DNA of 63,988 nt, the filler included, from Octopus bimaculoides (taxonomy: Eukaryota): NCBI RefSeq assembly GCF_001194135.2. It is 5 parts of 5 records of this genome, joined end to end, with 100 filler letters (N's around TTAATTAATTAA, not from the genome) between each part and the next. Parts side by side here need not be neighbours in the genome. Positions count along the whole stretch, not along the records: positions 1 to 31,454 come from NC_068985.1; positions 31,555 to 57,039 come from NC_068999.1; 3 more parts are not named here. The stretch is one strand, 5' to 3'. The first letter of the stretch is position 1. Each line of letters starts with the position of its first letter. Position numbers and translations under genes: made by a program. The notes beneath the pieces were generated by a model. The model had not been told where the DNA came from. It saw nothing but the letters and a program-made list of their open reading frames with translations, and did not search any database. Below are positions 21,901 to 34,736 of this stretch, piece by piece.

Positions 21901-22479
21901 GGGTGGTAAGCAAGCTTCTTAACCACACATCCATACCAGCACCTAGATGTGTGTATAGGCGTGTGTGTGTACACACGCACACGCACACACACACATACAT
22001 ACATACATGCATGCACGCACGCACGCACATGCTTCCCCCAAAAGCCTCACATTTTCTTTTCATGTCTGACGTCAAAATTGTCTCAATTCAATTATGAAAA
22101 ACACTTTTCCATTTGTATTAAGATAAAAGAAATGTATCCAAAAAATACTAATTACAATTTCTATTTACATATAATCACCATAATGAGGTTTGGTGTCAAT
22201 CAATCACGCTTTTCTTTATCTAATACAAAAATGTGATTAATTCGTTAACTTTATCCTAATTGAAATTCTCCAATGAGTGAATAATTTAGCCCCATTGATT
22301 TGGAAAGAGATAAGTTTAAAATGTTTCATGGGAGTCATTTGTATGAGGTGGTAAAAAGCTGAGTTAACTGTGGAGAAGTGATGGTTATAGAAATAAAACT
22401 AGGGCTACATCGGTGACCCTTTGATGGATACTAATTGTTTTGGGGAAAAATTACTAAAAACATCATGAAAATCTAAAGG

Positions 22480-22643
22480 GCTGTTTGGTTGAAAAGTAAG
22501 CTTTGCAACCTGGTGGTTTCAGATTCAGTGCCCTGTCTCACTCTACAGCTCATCATGCAAGGGTTGTTTATATTCCCAGGTTGACTAATGCCTTGTGTGT
22601 AAATTTGGTAGCCAGAAACTGTGTGGAAGGCCATTGCGTGCGT

Positions 22644-22691
<48 letters not shown>

Positions 22692-22920
22692 GTGTGTGTG
22701 TGTGGGGGGGGTGCGTGCGTGTCCCCACTGCTCACCACTTGACAACTATTGTTGGTTTATTTACATTCCTTTAACTTAGTGGTTTGGCAGAAGGAACTGA
22801 TAGAATAAGTACAAAACTTACAAAAATATATGTATATAAATAATGGGATTGATTTGTTTGGCCAAAACCATTTAAGGTAGTACTTCTCCATAACCACAAT
22901 CCAGTGATTGAAACAAGTAC
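22480..22920 (+). mobile_element. SINE family B, heavily decayed
   Basis: ggtttcagattcagtgccc...tgatagaataagtac...ccagtgattgaaacaagta. Most CpGs are converted to TpG/CpA. Confidence 0.65.
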
Positions 22921-23097
22921 TTATTTTAAATTCTATTCAATAATTTATTTTAAATGCTGTGATGGGTTACAACAAACAAGTCCCTAACCAATGTTGAGCC
23001 TCTATAGAGTGTATAGTTGTAATAGCTGCCAAATATCCATTGACTGTCATAATAAAATGAAGGATACATCGACTAATTTATCCAAAATATAGTATCT

Positions 23098-23350
23098 GTG
23101 GGAGGTGCGTGGCTTAGTGGTTAGGGTGTCAGCATCATGATCATAAGATTGTGGTTTCGATTCCTGGACTGGGCGACGCATTGTATTCTTGAGCAAAACA
23201 CTTCATTTAATGTTGCTCCAGTTCACTCAGCTGGCAAAAATGAGTAATGCTGCGATGGACTNNNNNNNNNNGACTGGTGCCCCATCCAGCTGGGGAACAC
23301 ATACACCATTGAAACTGGGAAACCAGGCCCATGAGCCTGGCTAGGCTTTG
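23098..23350 (+). mobile_element. SINE family D: tRNA-derived head with CORE-like centre
   Basis: Box A tggcttagtgg, box B ggtttcgattcc, then ttcttgagcaaaacacttca...gttcactcagctggcaaaaatgagta and gcgatggactgg. Related fragments are at about 20350-20440, 47760-47830 and 60290-60640. Confidence 0.75.
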
Positions 23351-23610
23351 AAAGGGCACATTTATTTTTTGTAGTATCTATGAAAACAAGTCAGGATAGT
23401 TAAATCTGGAATGCCTTATATCTTACATCACCCTAATCAGGATTCCATCCACCTGTCCATCCATCTATTATCCTCGAAGGGTCGTTGGGGTAGAGTCCTC
23501 AGGTATCTCTTCCATGGGGTCCTATCAGAAGCAAGCATTGTTACATTTTCTGATTGGATTCTCAAACATGATCAACTGAGACTATCTCATTCTTGGTCTA
23601 CTCTTTAGAT

Positions 23611-23958
23611 CAGGAGTTCCCAACCATTTTTCACCTAAGGACCCCTTTGATTACTATTTTATTCTAGTGGACCCTCATAGTCATTCAGTGTATAAAAACT
23701 AGCTTTATAGATGCTTCTTTGAAAATTCATATTTTGTTCTTTCACACATTAACTTGCATGGGTTGAACTATGTAAAATGTTAGAGAAAGAAACCCAGCTG
23801 TTTCTTGCAATACATACCAACATATACATCTGAAGCAAAATGTTTTCAGAGTCCCTTAAAATACTATTGTGAATCCCTAATTTACTATTTTGTTGCATGG
23901 ACCCCTAAAATCTTATATTGACCCCCAGGGACCATATAGACTCAGTTGAGAACCACTG
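23611..23958. mobile_element. hAT (Charlie-like) MITE
   Basis: TIRs caggagttcccaac / gttgagaaccactg. The flanking 8-mers ctttagat and ctcgagat match at 6 of 8 positions and are both one change from the NTCTAGAN hAT target. Confidence 0.8.
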
Positions 23959-24270
23959 CTCGAGATCTCCTACTAACTGGTTCAGTTTGATGACTCTATC
24001 TTACGATCCTTTTCTGAGGCAGTCTAGTCATATGTCTGTAGTACTAGAGTTATGACTGCTCAATGCTGAGAAGTCGTAGCTCAAGCTGGAGATACTCCCT
24101 GACTTCTCAGATACTCACCCAGTTGAGTTACTCTAGAATTCCTTCAGGGAAACACCATTTCACTTGGCTTGCATCCATACGTATCACATGTCCCTACCGA
24201 CAGTCTTCTTTCTGATATACTAAATCTGATTCTTTTTAAACCCAGTTTTTCTCCCAGAATATTTGTCTTA

Positions 24271-24468
24271 TGAGGGGGTGCTGAAAAGTTACTAGCTTTA
24301 AGGGTTTTCTATGGCCCAATCTTCCAAGTACTTTTACAAGGCTTAGAAAAACTGAAGACCACTGTAATAAGCATGTGAATCTGAGAGGGAAATATATTGA
24401 ATAAAATCATAACTGATTCACCTGTATTTTCTTTTACCCAAAGCCAGAAATTTTTCAGCATCCCCTCA
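24271..24468 (+). mobile_element. Mariner-derived MITE (198 bp)
   Basis: TIRs tgagggggtgctgaaaagtt / aatttttcagcatcccctca with TA on both sides. The interior retains a relic of the transposase C-terminus (aaggcttagaaaaactgaagacc...gaatctgagagggaaatatattgaataa). Confidence 0.85.
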
Positions 24469-24489
24469 TACATTTTTCATGCACACTTA

Positions 24490-26870
24490 CATTGCATATC
24501 CAATGGAGCATGCTCCCTTCATTTCTTTTCAGTCTTCTTAAGCCCTTTGCATTTAAGGTCCATGTCTCACCTATCATGTTGTATCACAATTCTAATACAA
24601 GTCATACACTCTACCCTTCACTCTAAGGAGAACGAGCTTTATCAGCAGTGCTAGTAACTCACTGATCTTTCTTCAGCCTACTCTTACCTTGGTTGCTATA
24701 TTTTCAGAGCAACCACCTTCACTTACCTAGGTAGCAAGAGCTTTGAACTCTTCTAGTGAGCCATCTGGGCATCTAGGAGAATCCATTTCTGGTGTGCTCA
24801 TTGTACTTACTACTCCACTGTATCTATCACATACAAAGATCATATTTACTGTTAGTCTACCTGTATTCCACTACACCTCTTGTATGTTCATAGTTACATG
24901 GGTACAGCATCACAAATTTATATGTACTCCTTTATTGCATATTGAGCAAGGCCATTTTCCTGACGGTGCCTAGGTCCTGTCTCCTTTCCTATTGATTAAA
25001 AACCTTCATCTTTATGTTTATCATAAGGCTTCTTGATTCTAAGTTTAGCTTTCATGCTTGGGACTTCGTTAGTCCCCCCCCCCTCATTAAATTTAGTTTT
25101 GAGAACTAGATCATCAATATATAGGAGCTTCCATGGACAGTCAGTCTTGAGCTCCTTTGTGAGTTCCTGTAGGACTATGATAGTCATCATCATCATCATT
25201 ATCATCATGATGTAATGTCCATTTTCGTCATGTAATGTCCCTGCTGCCAAGAGCTGGATGGTTTGACAGGAACTGGCAAGTCAGAAGACTGCACCAAGCT
25301 CTGCAGCCTACTTTGGCATGTTTTCTATGGCTGGATGATCCTCCTAATGCCAATCACTTCACAGAGTGCACTGGGTATGCTAATTTCATCACTAAAATTG
25401 TTGTTGACTCTCCCTTAGTGCATCTTTGTACATAGCGTGTACAGCCCTCACAAGCCATTCATCTACACCTAGTTTCCTTAGTGACTATAAATTACTAAGT
25501 GTGGTACTCTATCAAATACTTTCTCCATGTCCATGAAAGACTTGGAACAATGGTTTATTCTTAGCCAAGTATTTCTCCTGAAGTTGCTTCAATAAGAAGA
25601 TTGGACCCATGGCACCTCTTCAGGAGACAAAGCCAAACTGCATCTGATCTTAGTCATAGCACGATTGATCCATAATAGAGTAGACCCTCTTCATAACCTG
25701 ATACAGCAGCTTGGTTCCCCTATAGTTGTTTCTCTCTAAGACATCTCCTTTGCCTTTGTAGCAGTTTATGATGATATTACTAAACCAGTCATTAGGTATG
25801 ACACCTTTCTGTATGACTTGATTAACAATCCAGGTGGTAATCTTGTATCATACCTCACCAGATATTTTGAACATCTCTGCAACTGTCCCTAATGTACCTG
25901 CAGCTTTCCCTCTTCTTTGTGTCCTTGATTACTTTATCGACTATGCTATTGTCAACTTGAATTTCCGGTCCTGCTGTTTGGTCAGCATGCAGTAGCCCCT
26001 TACCCTTTTATTGCAAGCATTCTTGATGTTCAGCAGTCTCTCATAATAGCACTTTCACACCACTTTCTTGCCTTCTATATTGATAGCAAGCATGTCTTCA
26101 TCATCTCAAATACACTTCCCACCATCAGCATCTCTCTTTTCTTTCACACACTGAATCTTGCATTCCTGAACACTTTGATCCTCTGATCCTGTACAAATCT
26201 CATCCTTTTTGCTTTCCCCTTAGCCAGGTATACTTCTTGCGCAGCTGCCCTTCTAGTCATATAGTAATGCTTCCTACTCCCACCTTCCTTCCAGCTTTTC
26301 CAAGCCTCTTCATTAGCTTTTATCTCCCTGCTACCAACTCTATTATTGCACCACCACTAAACTTTTGGCTTGCCAGGGAGTTTTCTCCTGCACATCTCCG
26401 ATCTATAGGCCAAAGCTAGTTATTTCACAGAAATTTCCAGTTGTCATCTATGTTACAGGGATTCATAAATATGTCAGTCATCATTGAGGTAGTCAGCAGA
26501 AAGGTTTAATTGAAGCATCCCTGCTATTCATCTGTTAATCCTTCCTATTGGGCATATGCTGAGAAACCATCACTGCTGTGTTTCCTCTAACTAGTCCCAT
26601 TTTAGTTATCTTACCACACACACTGACAACCTTAATTTCTTTATTTATCTATTTCTCAGCTAACAGCATGCCTGCTCCACCTCCACTATTACTATTTTTT
26701 ACTCAGACGAATTTGTATAGCAGTCTTTTATTGCCTGTGAGGAGTTTGGTTGAGGATCCTGTCCACCTTACCTCATGCACACAACACACATCCACTTGTC
26801 CCTGCACCAGCTCTGAAGTTTGGAAAATTTCAGTAACAGGGGTTTGTATCTTTGGAGGGAAGGCTGTTTG
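24490..26870 (-). pseudogene. Decayed RTE-clade LINE with APE endonuclease and reverse transcriptase relics
   Basis: Manual translation gives KVDVCCVHEVRW and GGAGMLLAEK (EN), QMQFGFV..RG....IFLLKQLQEKYLAKNKPL..MEKVFDRVP..LRKLGVDEWLVRAVHAMYKD, and CPWKLLYIDDLVL (YADD-equivalent). A family C SINE piece interrupts it at about 25180-25380. Confidence 0.9.
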
Positions 26871-27139
26871 GACATTGATTCGTTACTATTTTATGATGTC
26901 TGCAGCTGGGAGAAATAAGAAAATTTATAGCATGGTTTGCCAGCAGTTGATAGTTTCACACACTTTACACACAGTGTTATGTTTGTTCTTTCAATTCATT
27001 TATCTTCATTCATTCATTTATTCATTCTTCAACACTTGCAGCATCTCCCACAAAAAGGTGCCATTTACAAATATTACCAATTAATAATAAATATTCCTAA
27101 TGTCATTAACATTTCTGATGTTATGGGTGTTTGAAATAA

Positions 27140-27165
27140 GTTTTGTGTGTGCATTTCTGTGTGTG

Positions 27166-27234
<69 letters not shown>

Positions 27235-27768
27235 ATATAAATACATGTATGTGTGTTTGTGTGTGTACATATGTGTGAATATATACGCATTTATATATGT
27301 ATATATAATTGTATATATGAGTATAAACATATATGTATATACATGCGAATGTATATATATATATATATATATATACATACATATATATACACACACATTT
27401 ATATATACATGTATGTGCATATATATGTGTGTGTGTATAAATATATATACGCACATGTATATGCATATACGTGTATGTGTGTATATCTATTTATCCATAT
27501 ATATATATATTTATTTATATGGCATGCTTGTGTATATGTATGTATGTATGTATATATGTATGTATGTATATATATATATATATATATGTATGTATATATG
27601 TATGTATATATATATATATATATATGTATGTATATATGTATGTATATATATATATATATATGTATGTGTGCGTATATATATATGTATGTGTGCGTATATA
27701 TATATGTATGTGTGTGTATATGTATGTGTGCGTATATATATATGTGTGCGTATATATATATGTGTGCG

Positions 27769-27831
<63 letters not shown>

Positions 27832-27918
27832 GTATGTTTATATATATATGTGTATATATATATATAATATGTATGTGTATGTCTGTATATATATAATGTG
27901 TATATATATATGTGTATG

Positions 27919-27973
<55 letters not shown>

Positions 27974-28057
27974 NNNNNNNNNNNNNNNNNNNNNNNNNNN
28001 NNNNNNNNNNNNNNNNNNNNNNNNNNNNNNNNNNNNNNNNNNNNNNNNNNNNNNNNN

Positions 28058-28090
<33 letters not shown>
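27140..28090. repeat. Compound (TA)n/(TG)n/(TATG)n microsatellite, about 950 bp
   Basis: Directly visible. It generates the YI/CV ORFs. Confidence 0.95.
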
Positions 28091-28093
<3 letters not shown>

Positions 28094-28299
28094 AAAGGGA
28101 ATAATTAATAAATTTTTCCCTTATGAGGTTTTTCACGCTAACTACTTAATAAATTCTGATAAAGATTTTATTCTATTTTAAAATTTTATATATATATAAT
28201 GTATGTATATGTGTATCTGTCCCCTCTATACCTTAAATCTGTTAACTGGCACAAACCTACATCCCCTCAATACTACCCCTCCTCTCTCCACTTGAGGGT

Positions 28300-28625
28300 G
28301 TTATTGTCTTGTAAGGTACTCGGTGACCCTGTTGGTGCTGGTGTTACGTAAAAGTCACTGGAGATGGTGCCATATACAAAGCATCGGTATTAGTACCACT
28401 TAAAAAGTACAGGGGCTGGTGCCATGTAAAAAGCACTGGTGCTGGTGCCACATAAAATGTACCTGGTGCATTCTGCAAAGGGGTTGGCATTAGGAAGGAC
28501 ATTCAGCTGTAGAAGCAATGCCAAACTAGACATGGAAACCTGGTATGACTCCTTTCCTTGCCAGTTACTGTCAACCCATCCAACCCATGCCAGAATGGAA
28601 AATGGATGTTAAATGATGATGAAAT
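28300..28625 (+). mobile_element. SINE family C with internal roughly 30-bp tandem repeats
   Basis: gctggtgcca.gtaaaaagcact is repeated about 5 times, then gggttggcattaggaaggacattcagctgtag...aaatggatgttaaatgatgatg. Confidence 0.75.
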
Positions 28626-29887
28626 GATATATACATGTGTATATATATACATATGTGTGTTTATATGTGTACGTATGTGTGTGTGCATGAAGCATGATCT
28701 TTGAACGTTGGGCCTCACAGAGACAATGACAAGTGACCGAAACCTTTGGTGATATGCTGTGCTTGAGAAGACCCCGCAAGTCATGTGAGATCGTAGTCAT
28801 GGCCAATGCCCATGTCACATAACTGGCCCATTTAAAAGACCACAACCTTATGATCATGAGTCCAACACCCTAACCATTAAGACATGCACCTCCATCCTGG
28901 AGTTCTTAAGGTGGTCCAGTGTCCTGTTTGACACCCTTTTTGACATCTCCAGGGTTGGTGGAGCTCTCCACCCATGTTAGGCAATTCATCTGGGAGAAGC
29001 CCACTTCAATGTAAGACCTACAGCTTGTTGGTCATCACACCTGTCTTAGATTGCTGAACTACTGCACTTCGGGCTGCCAAGTCTAAAGAGTGAGATCTGA
29101 TTATGTGGACGGACTTTCACTTCAAACGTACTGAGTGCAGTTAGAGAGTGAAGCACTGCAGTGATGGAGGAAGAAACGAAAGAGACAGGTACTGAATGGT
29201 ACTGGTAATCAGTCTCAACACTGCATGTAGGTGGCTCTTCATGTTGGTCATTTGTGCACTGACTTGAGATAAGTTACATTCAACAGCACTGTTAATGACA
29301 TAGCAGCCCTCTTTAGGTGTGACATTCCTTGTTCTCAATGCAGTTGGAATTAAAAGAAGGTGGCTTAAAAAGAAAAAAAGGGCTTGGATGACCCTCACCT
29401 GGTTGGCTCACCACAGTCAACAACCATCTCATTTAGAGAGGTAGAAAATGAAATGACCAGTGCTAGAAAAAAAACAGGAAAACATAAAAGTGGATAAAAG
29501 AAAAGAAGTCAGCTAGCTTCAACCTAGCATACTGGAATGTGTGCTCTGTGCAAGACTCTGCAAACAGTGACTGTTCTAAGAGGTGTCAGGCACTAGTTGT
29601 AAGTAGACTAGGTGTTCTGCATGCTGACATCACAGATAGAGGAGACTCAAGGAAGTATTTTGAAGTCCAGCTGAAATTCTAGCTCACCCAAGGATAGACT
29701 CCCACAGGGTTGGAGAGAGCTGCAGCAAAGAGGGAGAGCTTGATGAGATTGCTCTAGACTACTGCAAGCAATTTTGAGAAGGCCAGAGCAACTGTAGCGG
29801 ATGAGAATCTCGAAAGGAGTCATCATCATGACCCCTGTCTAACCAAAGCCTACTAATTTGTCTCAAGTGTCATAGACCCTGTTGATT

Positions 29888-29927
<40 letters not shown>

Positions 29928-29989
29928 CGTGTGTGTGTGTGTGTGCTTGTGCGTGTGTGCGTGTGTGTGTGTGTGTGCGTATATATATA

Positions 29990-30350
29990 TATATGAATGT
30001 GTGCGCATATATGTATATATATGAATGTGTGCGCATATATGTATATATATGAATGTGTGCGCATATATGTATATATATGAATGTGTGCGCATATATGTAT
30101 ATATATGAATGTGTGCGTNNNNNNNNNNNNNNNNNNNNNNNNNNNNNNNNNNNNNNNNNNNNNNNNNNNNNNNNNNNNNNNNNNNNNNNNNNNNNNNNNN
30201 NNNNNNNNNNNNNNNATATATATATGAATGTGTGCGCATATATGTATATATATGAATGTGTGCGCATATATGTATATATATGAATGTGTGCGCATATATG
30301 TATATATATGAATGTGTGCGCATATATGTATATATATGAATGTGTGCGTA
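29990..30350. repeat. 28-bp minisatellite (gaatgtgtgcgcatatatgtatatatat)n spanning an N gap
   Basis: At least four to five near-perfect units lie on each side of the gap at 30119-30215. Confidence 0.95.
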
Positions 30351-30721
30351 TATGTATATATGTGTGTGCGCTTATATGTATATTGTGTTTGTATGTAATG
30401 TTCATATATACATGCATGCATGCATGCATATGTGTATGTATATAAATATGTACATATAGTTGTATATATTTATTTACAAATATATAACTCTCTTTCTCTC
30501 TCTCTCTGGCATTTTACTTTTACAAATATTCTCATTTTTATTTGCACAAATATTCTATTTTTACAAATATCTTTCGTTTTACAAAGATTTCTACAATATC
30601 TTTACAAATCTTTTTAAAAAAAACTTTAACAATATTTTGAAATGCTTCTATGCTCTGTAAGTAGATAATATTTGAAAACTATTTTAAAACTATTTCAAAA
30701 ATATTTCAATCGCTTAATGTA

Positions 30722-30804
30722 CCTCTGATGAGGGAAATGCTGCTATTTGTACTGGTTAGAAGATTCACCCAATACAAACACAATTTCCTGAAATGATTGT
30801 AAGG
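30722..30804 (+). ncRNA. Type I hammerhead-like motif with extended stem II
   Basis: CCT-CTGATGA-GGGAAAT...ATTTCCT-GAAAT-GATT-GTA-AGG. Stem I is CCT/AGG, stem II is GGAAAT/ATTTCC plus tttgta/tacaaa, and stem III is imperfect. Confidence 0.6.
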
Positions 30805-31454
30805 ATATATACATTATCATATACTACTGCTCATCTAACTTCATCATTGACTTGTATTATTGGAATGCTTCACACTTAAAAGTTCTAATGTACCTACATC
30901 CATGTATTTCATATTCTCATGATTTATATTTAAGATTGGTTTGATGTCGTATATGAATTTTGACAAAGGGATTTGACCTACGAAAGTTTGTCCTTCACTT
31001 TACTTCATGTTATTATTTGCTCCAATAGAGCGCTGATTAGTTTTGCTGCAGTAAAAGTTTTCCGTTATATTTTTCATATAATTATATATATATATATATA
31101 TGTGTGCCATAAATATCGCCATCCGCTTTAGAGAAAAATTTGTAGTTTGGAATCAGTAGTTCTTTGACTGCTATTTCTAAATTTTCAGTATGTTGGAGAA
31201 GCAACTCAATTGCTAATCCCTGTATATTTATGATGATAAATAGTTTTACCGATAAAGGTTTTTTCATACTGAACTACTTGGCAAAATTGTTAATTATTAA
31301 TTCTATTATTAATTGACGATTCTCTGCCCTTATTCTTGTATATATATATATATATATAGTTAGTTTTTGTATGTGGCAGATGTTCAGGTGCAATAAACAC
31401 TGTAAACAAACAGGAAACAACTTCTATCTCATTCCAGGAAGAAAAACTAGAGGT

Positions 31455-31554
31455 NNNNNNNNNNNNNNNNNNNNNNNNNNNNNNNNNNNNNNNNNNNNTT
31501 AATTAATTAANNNNNNNNNNNNNNNNNNNNNNNNNNNNNNNNNNNNNNNNNNNN
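31455..31554. other. Artificial scaffold-join spacer N44-TTAATTAATTAA-N44
   Basis: Exactly 100 bp, with stops in all six frames. Identical spacers occur at 57040-57139, about 59419-59518 and about 61736-61835. Confidence 0.95.
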
Positions 31555-32173
31555 TGTGTGTGTGTGTGTGTGTGTGTGTATATAAAGTAATGCAAACCGC
31601 AAATGGGGATTCAGAAATAATAATAAGAATCATATTGCATTGTGGGAAGAGGAAAACGACAAGCGACGTATAGCATTAATGTCTGAAGACGAAGTGCATT
31701 ATGGGTAATTCGTTATATCGGTTCGCTCAATTGGTTGGCTGATTTAGCAAATGGCTGGCCCTCTGGCTCGCTTGTTCGTTGTTCGTTGCAGTCACGTGGG
31801 TTGAGTTGTCCTTTTTAGACGCACAATCTTGATAATGGTGACAATCAAGTCTTCCTATTACACCGATATCTCCTCTTACGTCAATCTGTGTATTTCACAT
31901 TTATAGTAGTTTTCTTGCTCTGTCGATAATTCGTGGGATATATAAACAGTCTCGTAGTCTCGTGCACAATTTAGAAATGATTGACTCTATGCATGTTCTT
32001 GAAGCATTCACCCTATACTCATCCTTGTTTCACAGACAGAAGCAGCGTTTTGTTGCAAGCTAAATGTAGACGGTAGATACTTTATTTCCAACACACAAAT
32101 ACACAAGACTATTGAATACTGTCGAACGAATGGGAGAGGAATGCTCAATATTTCCAGTAGAGCAAAATTTTTC

Positions 32174-32214
32174 CTCGCCTGAAGATCGTGGTAGTCTGAA
32201 ACCGGTGTCGCGAG
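32174..32214 (+). ncRNA. Minimal type I hammerhead-like motif
   Basis: CTCGC-CTGAAGA-tcgtggtagtct-GAAAC-CGGT-GTC-GCGAG. Stem I is a perfect 5 bp, the core is canonical, the palindrome is ACCGGT, the site is GUC, and stem II is poorly paired. It is followed by aataaa and (TA)n. Confidence 0.65.
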
Positions 32215-33092
32215 AATTAAAAATTCAGTTTTACTTCCAACCTCTCTTTTACGTACCCCTCGTTCTCTTACATATTTATATATATATCGAATAAAGCTTT
32301 TCCTTTTATATATNNNNNNNNNNNNNNNNNNNNNNNNNNNNNNNNNNNNNNNNNNNNNNNNNNNNNNNNNNNNNNNNNNNNNNNNNNNNNNNNNNNNNNN
32401 NNNNNNNNNNNNNNNNNNNNNNNNNNNNNNNNNNNNNNNNNNNNNNNNNNNNNNNNNNNNNNNNNNNNNNNNNNNNNNNNNNNNNNNNNNNNNNNNNNNN
32501 NNNNNNNNNNNNNNNNNNNNNNNNNNNNNNNNNNNNNNNNNNNNNNNNNNNNNNNNNNNNNNNNNNNNNNNNNNNNNNNNNNNNNNNNNNNNNNNNNNNN
32601 NNNNNNNNNNNNNNNNNNNNNNNNNNNNNNNNNNNNNNNNNNNNNNNNNNNNNNNNNNNNNNNNNNNNNNNNNNNNNNNNNNNNNNNNNNNNNNNNNNNN
32701 NNNNNNNNNNNNNNNNNNNNNNNNNNNNNNNNNNNNNNNNNNNNNNNNNNNNNNNNNNNNNNNNNNNNNNNNNNNNNNNNNNNNNNNNNNNNNNNNNNNN
32801 NNNNNNNNNNNNNNNNNNNNNNNNNNNNNNNNNNNNNNNNTATTGAGATCTATTAGAACCACCAAGATTCACCGATCCGATATTTTACTATGGAATCAAT
32901 CAATCAGCGCCAGAAACAATGATTAAACTGAGATCGAAGACATTTCTTTGCAATTAGTGCTTACTTAAAGAATAACCAATCCAATAATGAGATTTCTAAC
33001 TCTTAGCCTTACCATTAATCAATGCCAACCTATTGCTGGCGATGGAAGAATTGGTTCGAAAATAAACTAATGTAGTGTGGAGAGAATGAGAG

Positions 33093-33135
<43 letters not shown>

Positions 33136-33412
33136 CAGAGAGAGAGAGAGAGCGAGAGAGAGAGAGAGCGAGAGAGAGATAGAGAGAGAGTGAGGTGGGG
33201 AAAGAATGAGGGAGGAAGAGAGAAAGGAATGAAAGAAGAGAAATTGAGAGAGGAGAGAGAGTGTATGTGAATGAGTCATAGAGAATGAGTGGGAGAAGCA
33301 GGGAGAAAAAAGAAGGGGAATAAAAGAGAGAGAGAAAGAGGGAGAGAGAAAGAGAAAGAGAGAAAGAAAGAGACAAAGAGTGAGAAAACGATAGAGAGAA
33401 CGAGAGAAAGGA

Positions 33413-33462
<50 letters not shown>

Positions 33463-34057
33463 GGACCTTAAAAGAATAAAAACGGTAAAAATCTTGAGAA
33501 ATGCAAGAAGGTCAATATTCCTCTATTCCACATTGGTAAAATCTTTGGATTGTTCCCAAAACAAATATAATAATGGTAGGTGTATGCGTTCTGCAGGTAG
33601 TCACGTGTTCAGTTCCACCCGAAACCAATATAATAATGGGTGGAATACGGGTGAAGATTACGCAAGTCTCGAGGAGGTGAATCGGTTGTTCTTGTTTTGG
33701 TTTAGCTATGATCACAGGCGATCCTGCGATGGCCTTCCAGGTATTTTTTGTATATCTACAGTGTCCCCTCGAATCCTGTATAGCTACAGTGCGCCGCAAA
33801 TCCTCTCACGGATACAAATCGGCTGCTATTTCTAGTATGTCGAGACGACCGCCTTAAATGTCCTGCTTTGGTTCGCGGTGTGGTTGCGATGAGGATAATA
33901 GTTGGGATGGTGGCAGGGATGATGATGATGATGATGATGACGACGACGAGGACAATGATGATGATGATGATGATGATGACGGTGATGATTGTGATAGTGA
34001 TAATATTGAAGCTAATGGCGAAGGTTGTGGTGGTGATGGTATTGATGCTGGTGGTTG

Positions 34058-34090
<33 letters not shown>

Positions 34091-34369
34091 CGATGATGTT
34101 CTTTATTTCCATTCCATCCAATAGTTCCAACTGACTTGTCATATAAATCTGAAGTTTTATGAAGAATTCAAATAATTAAATATTTCAAGAGAAACATTAA
34201 TCTGTCAGAATTTGAGAGTAAAATTATGTTGGCGTTATTGTCATTAATGTTGTAGTTGTTGTTGTTGTTGATGATGATGTTATTCATGTTGCTGTTAGCG
34301 TTGCATACTTTTCGATAGAAACACTAACAAGAAATCTGGCGAACACACCATCACACACGTGCAGAAGCA

Positions 34370-34403
<34 letters not shown>

Positions 34404-34422
34404 TAGATATAGATATAGATAT

Positions 34423-34470
<48 letters not shown>

Positions 34471-34660
34471 AGAGAGAGAGGCAGGCAGGGAGATAGATTT
34501 GCCAGCTTGAGGAAGCGACAACATATCGGGGAAACTGTGGAGTAACAGGCCAGTCGATCAACCTAAATAAGCAATCTATGTAATTATCTATGTGATGTGT
34601 GTATGCACACACACACACATTTTATCTATCTATCTATCTATCTCTCCCCCTCTCTCTCTC

Positions 34661-34736
<76 letters not shown>

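Noticed and set aside
23098-23175. tRNA-like box A and box B
   Set aside because: It does not fold into a cloverleaf and continues into a SINE body, so it is not called a tRNA gene.
28900-29850. Possible decayed non-LTR ORF on the minus strand (LHAVLRLITSTI)
   Set aside because: Similarity to LINE C-termini is too weak to assign a clade by eye.
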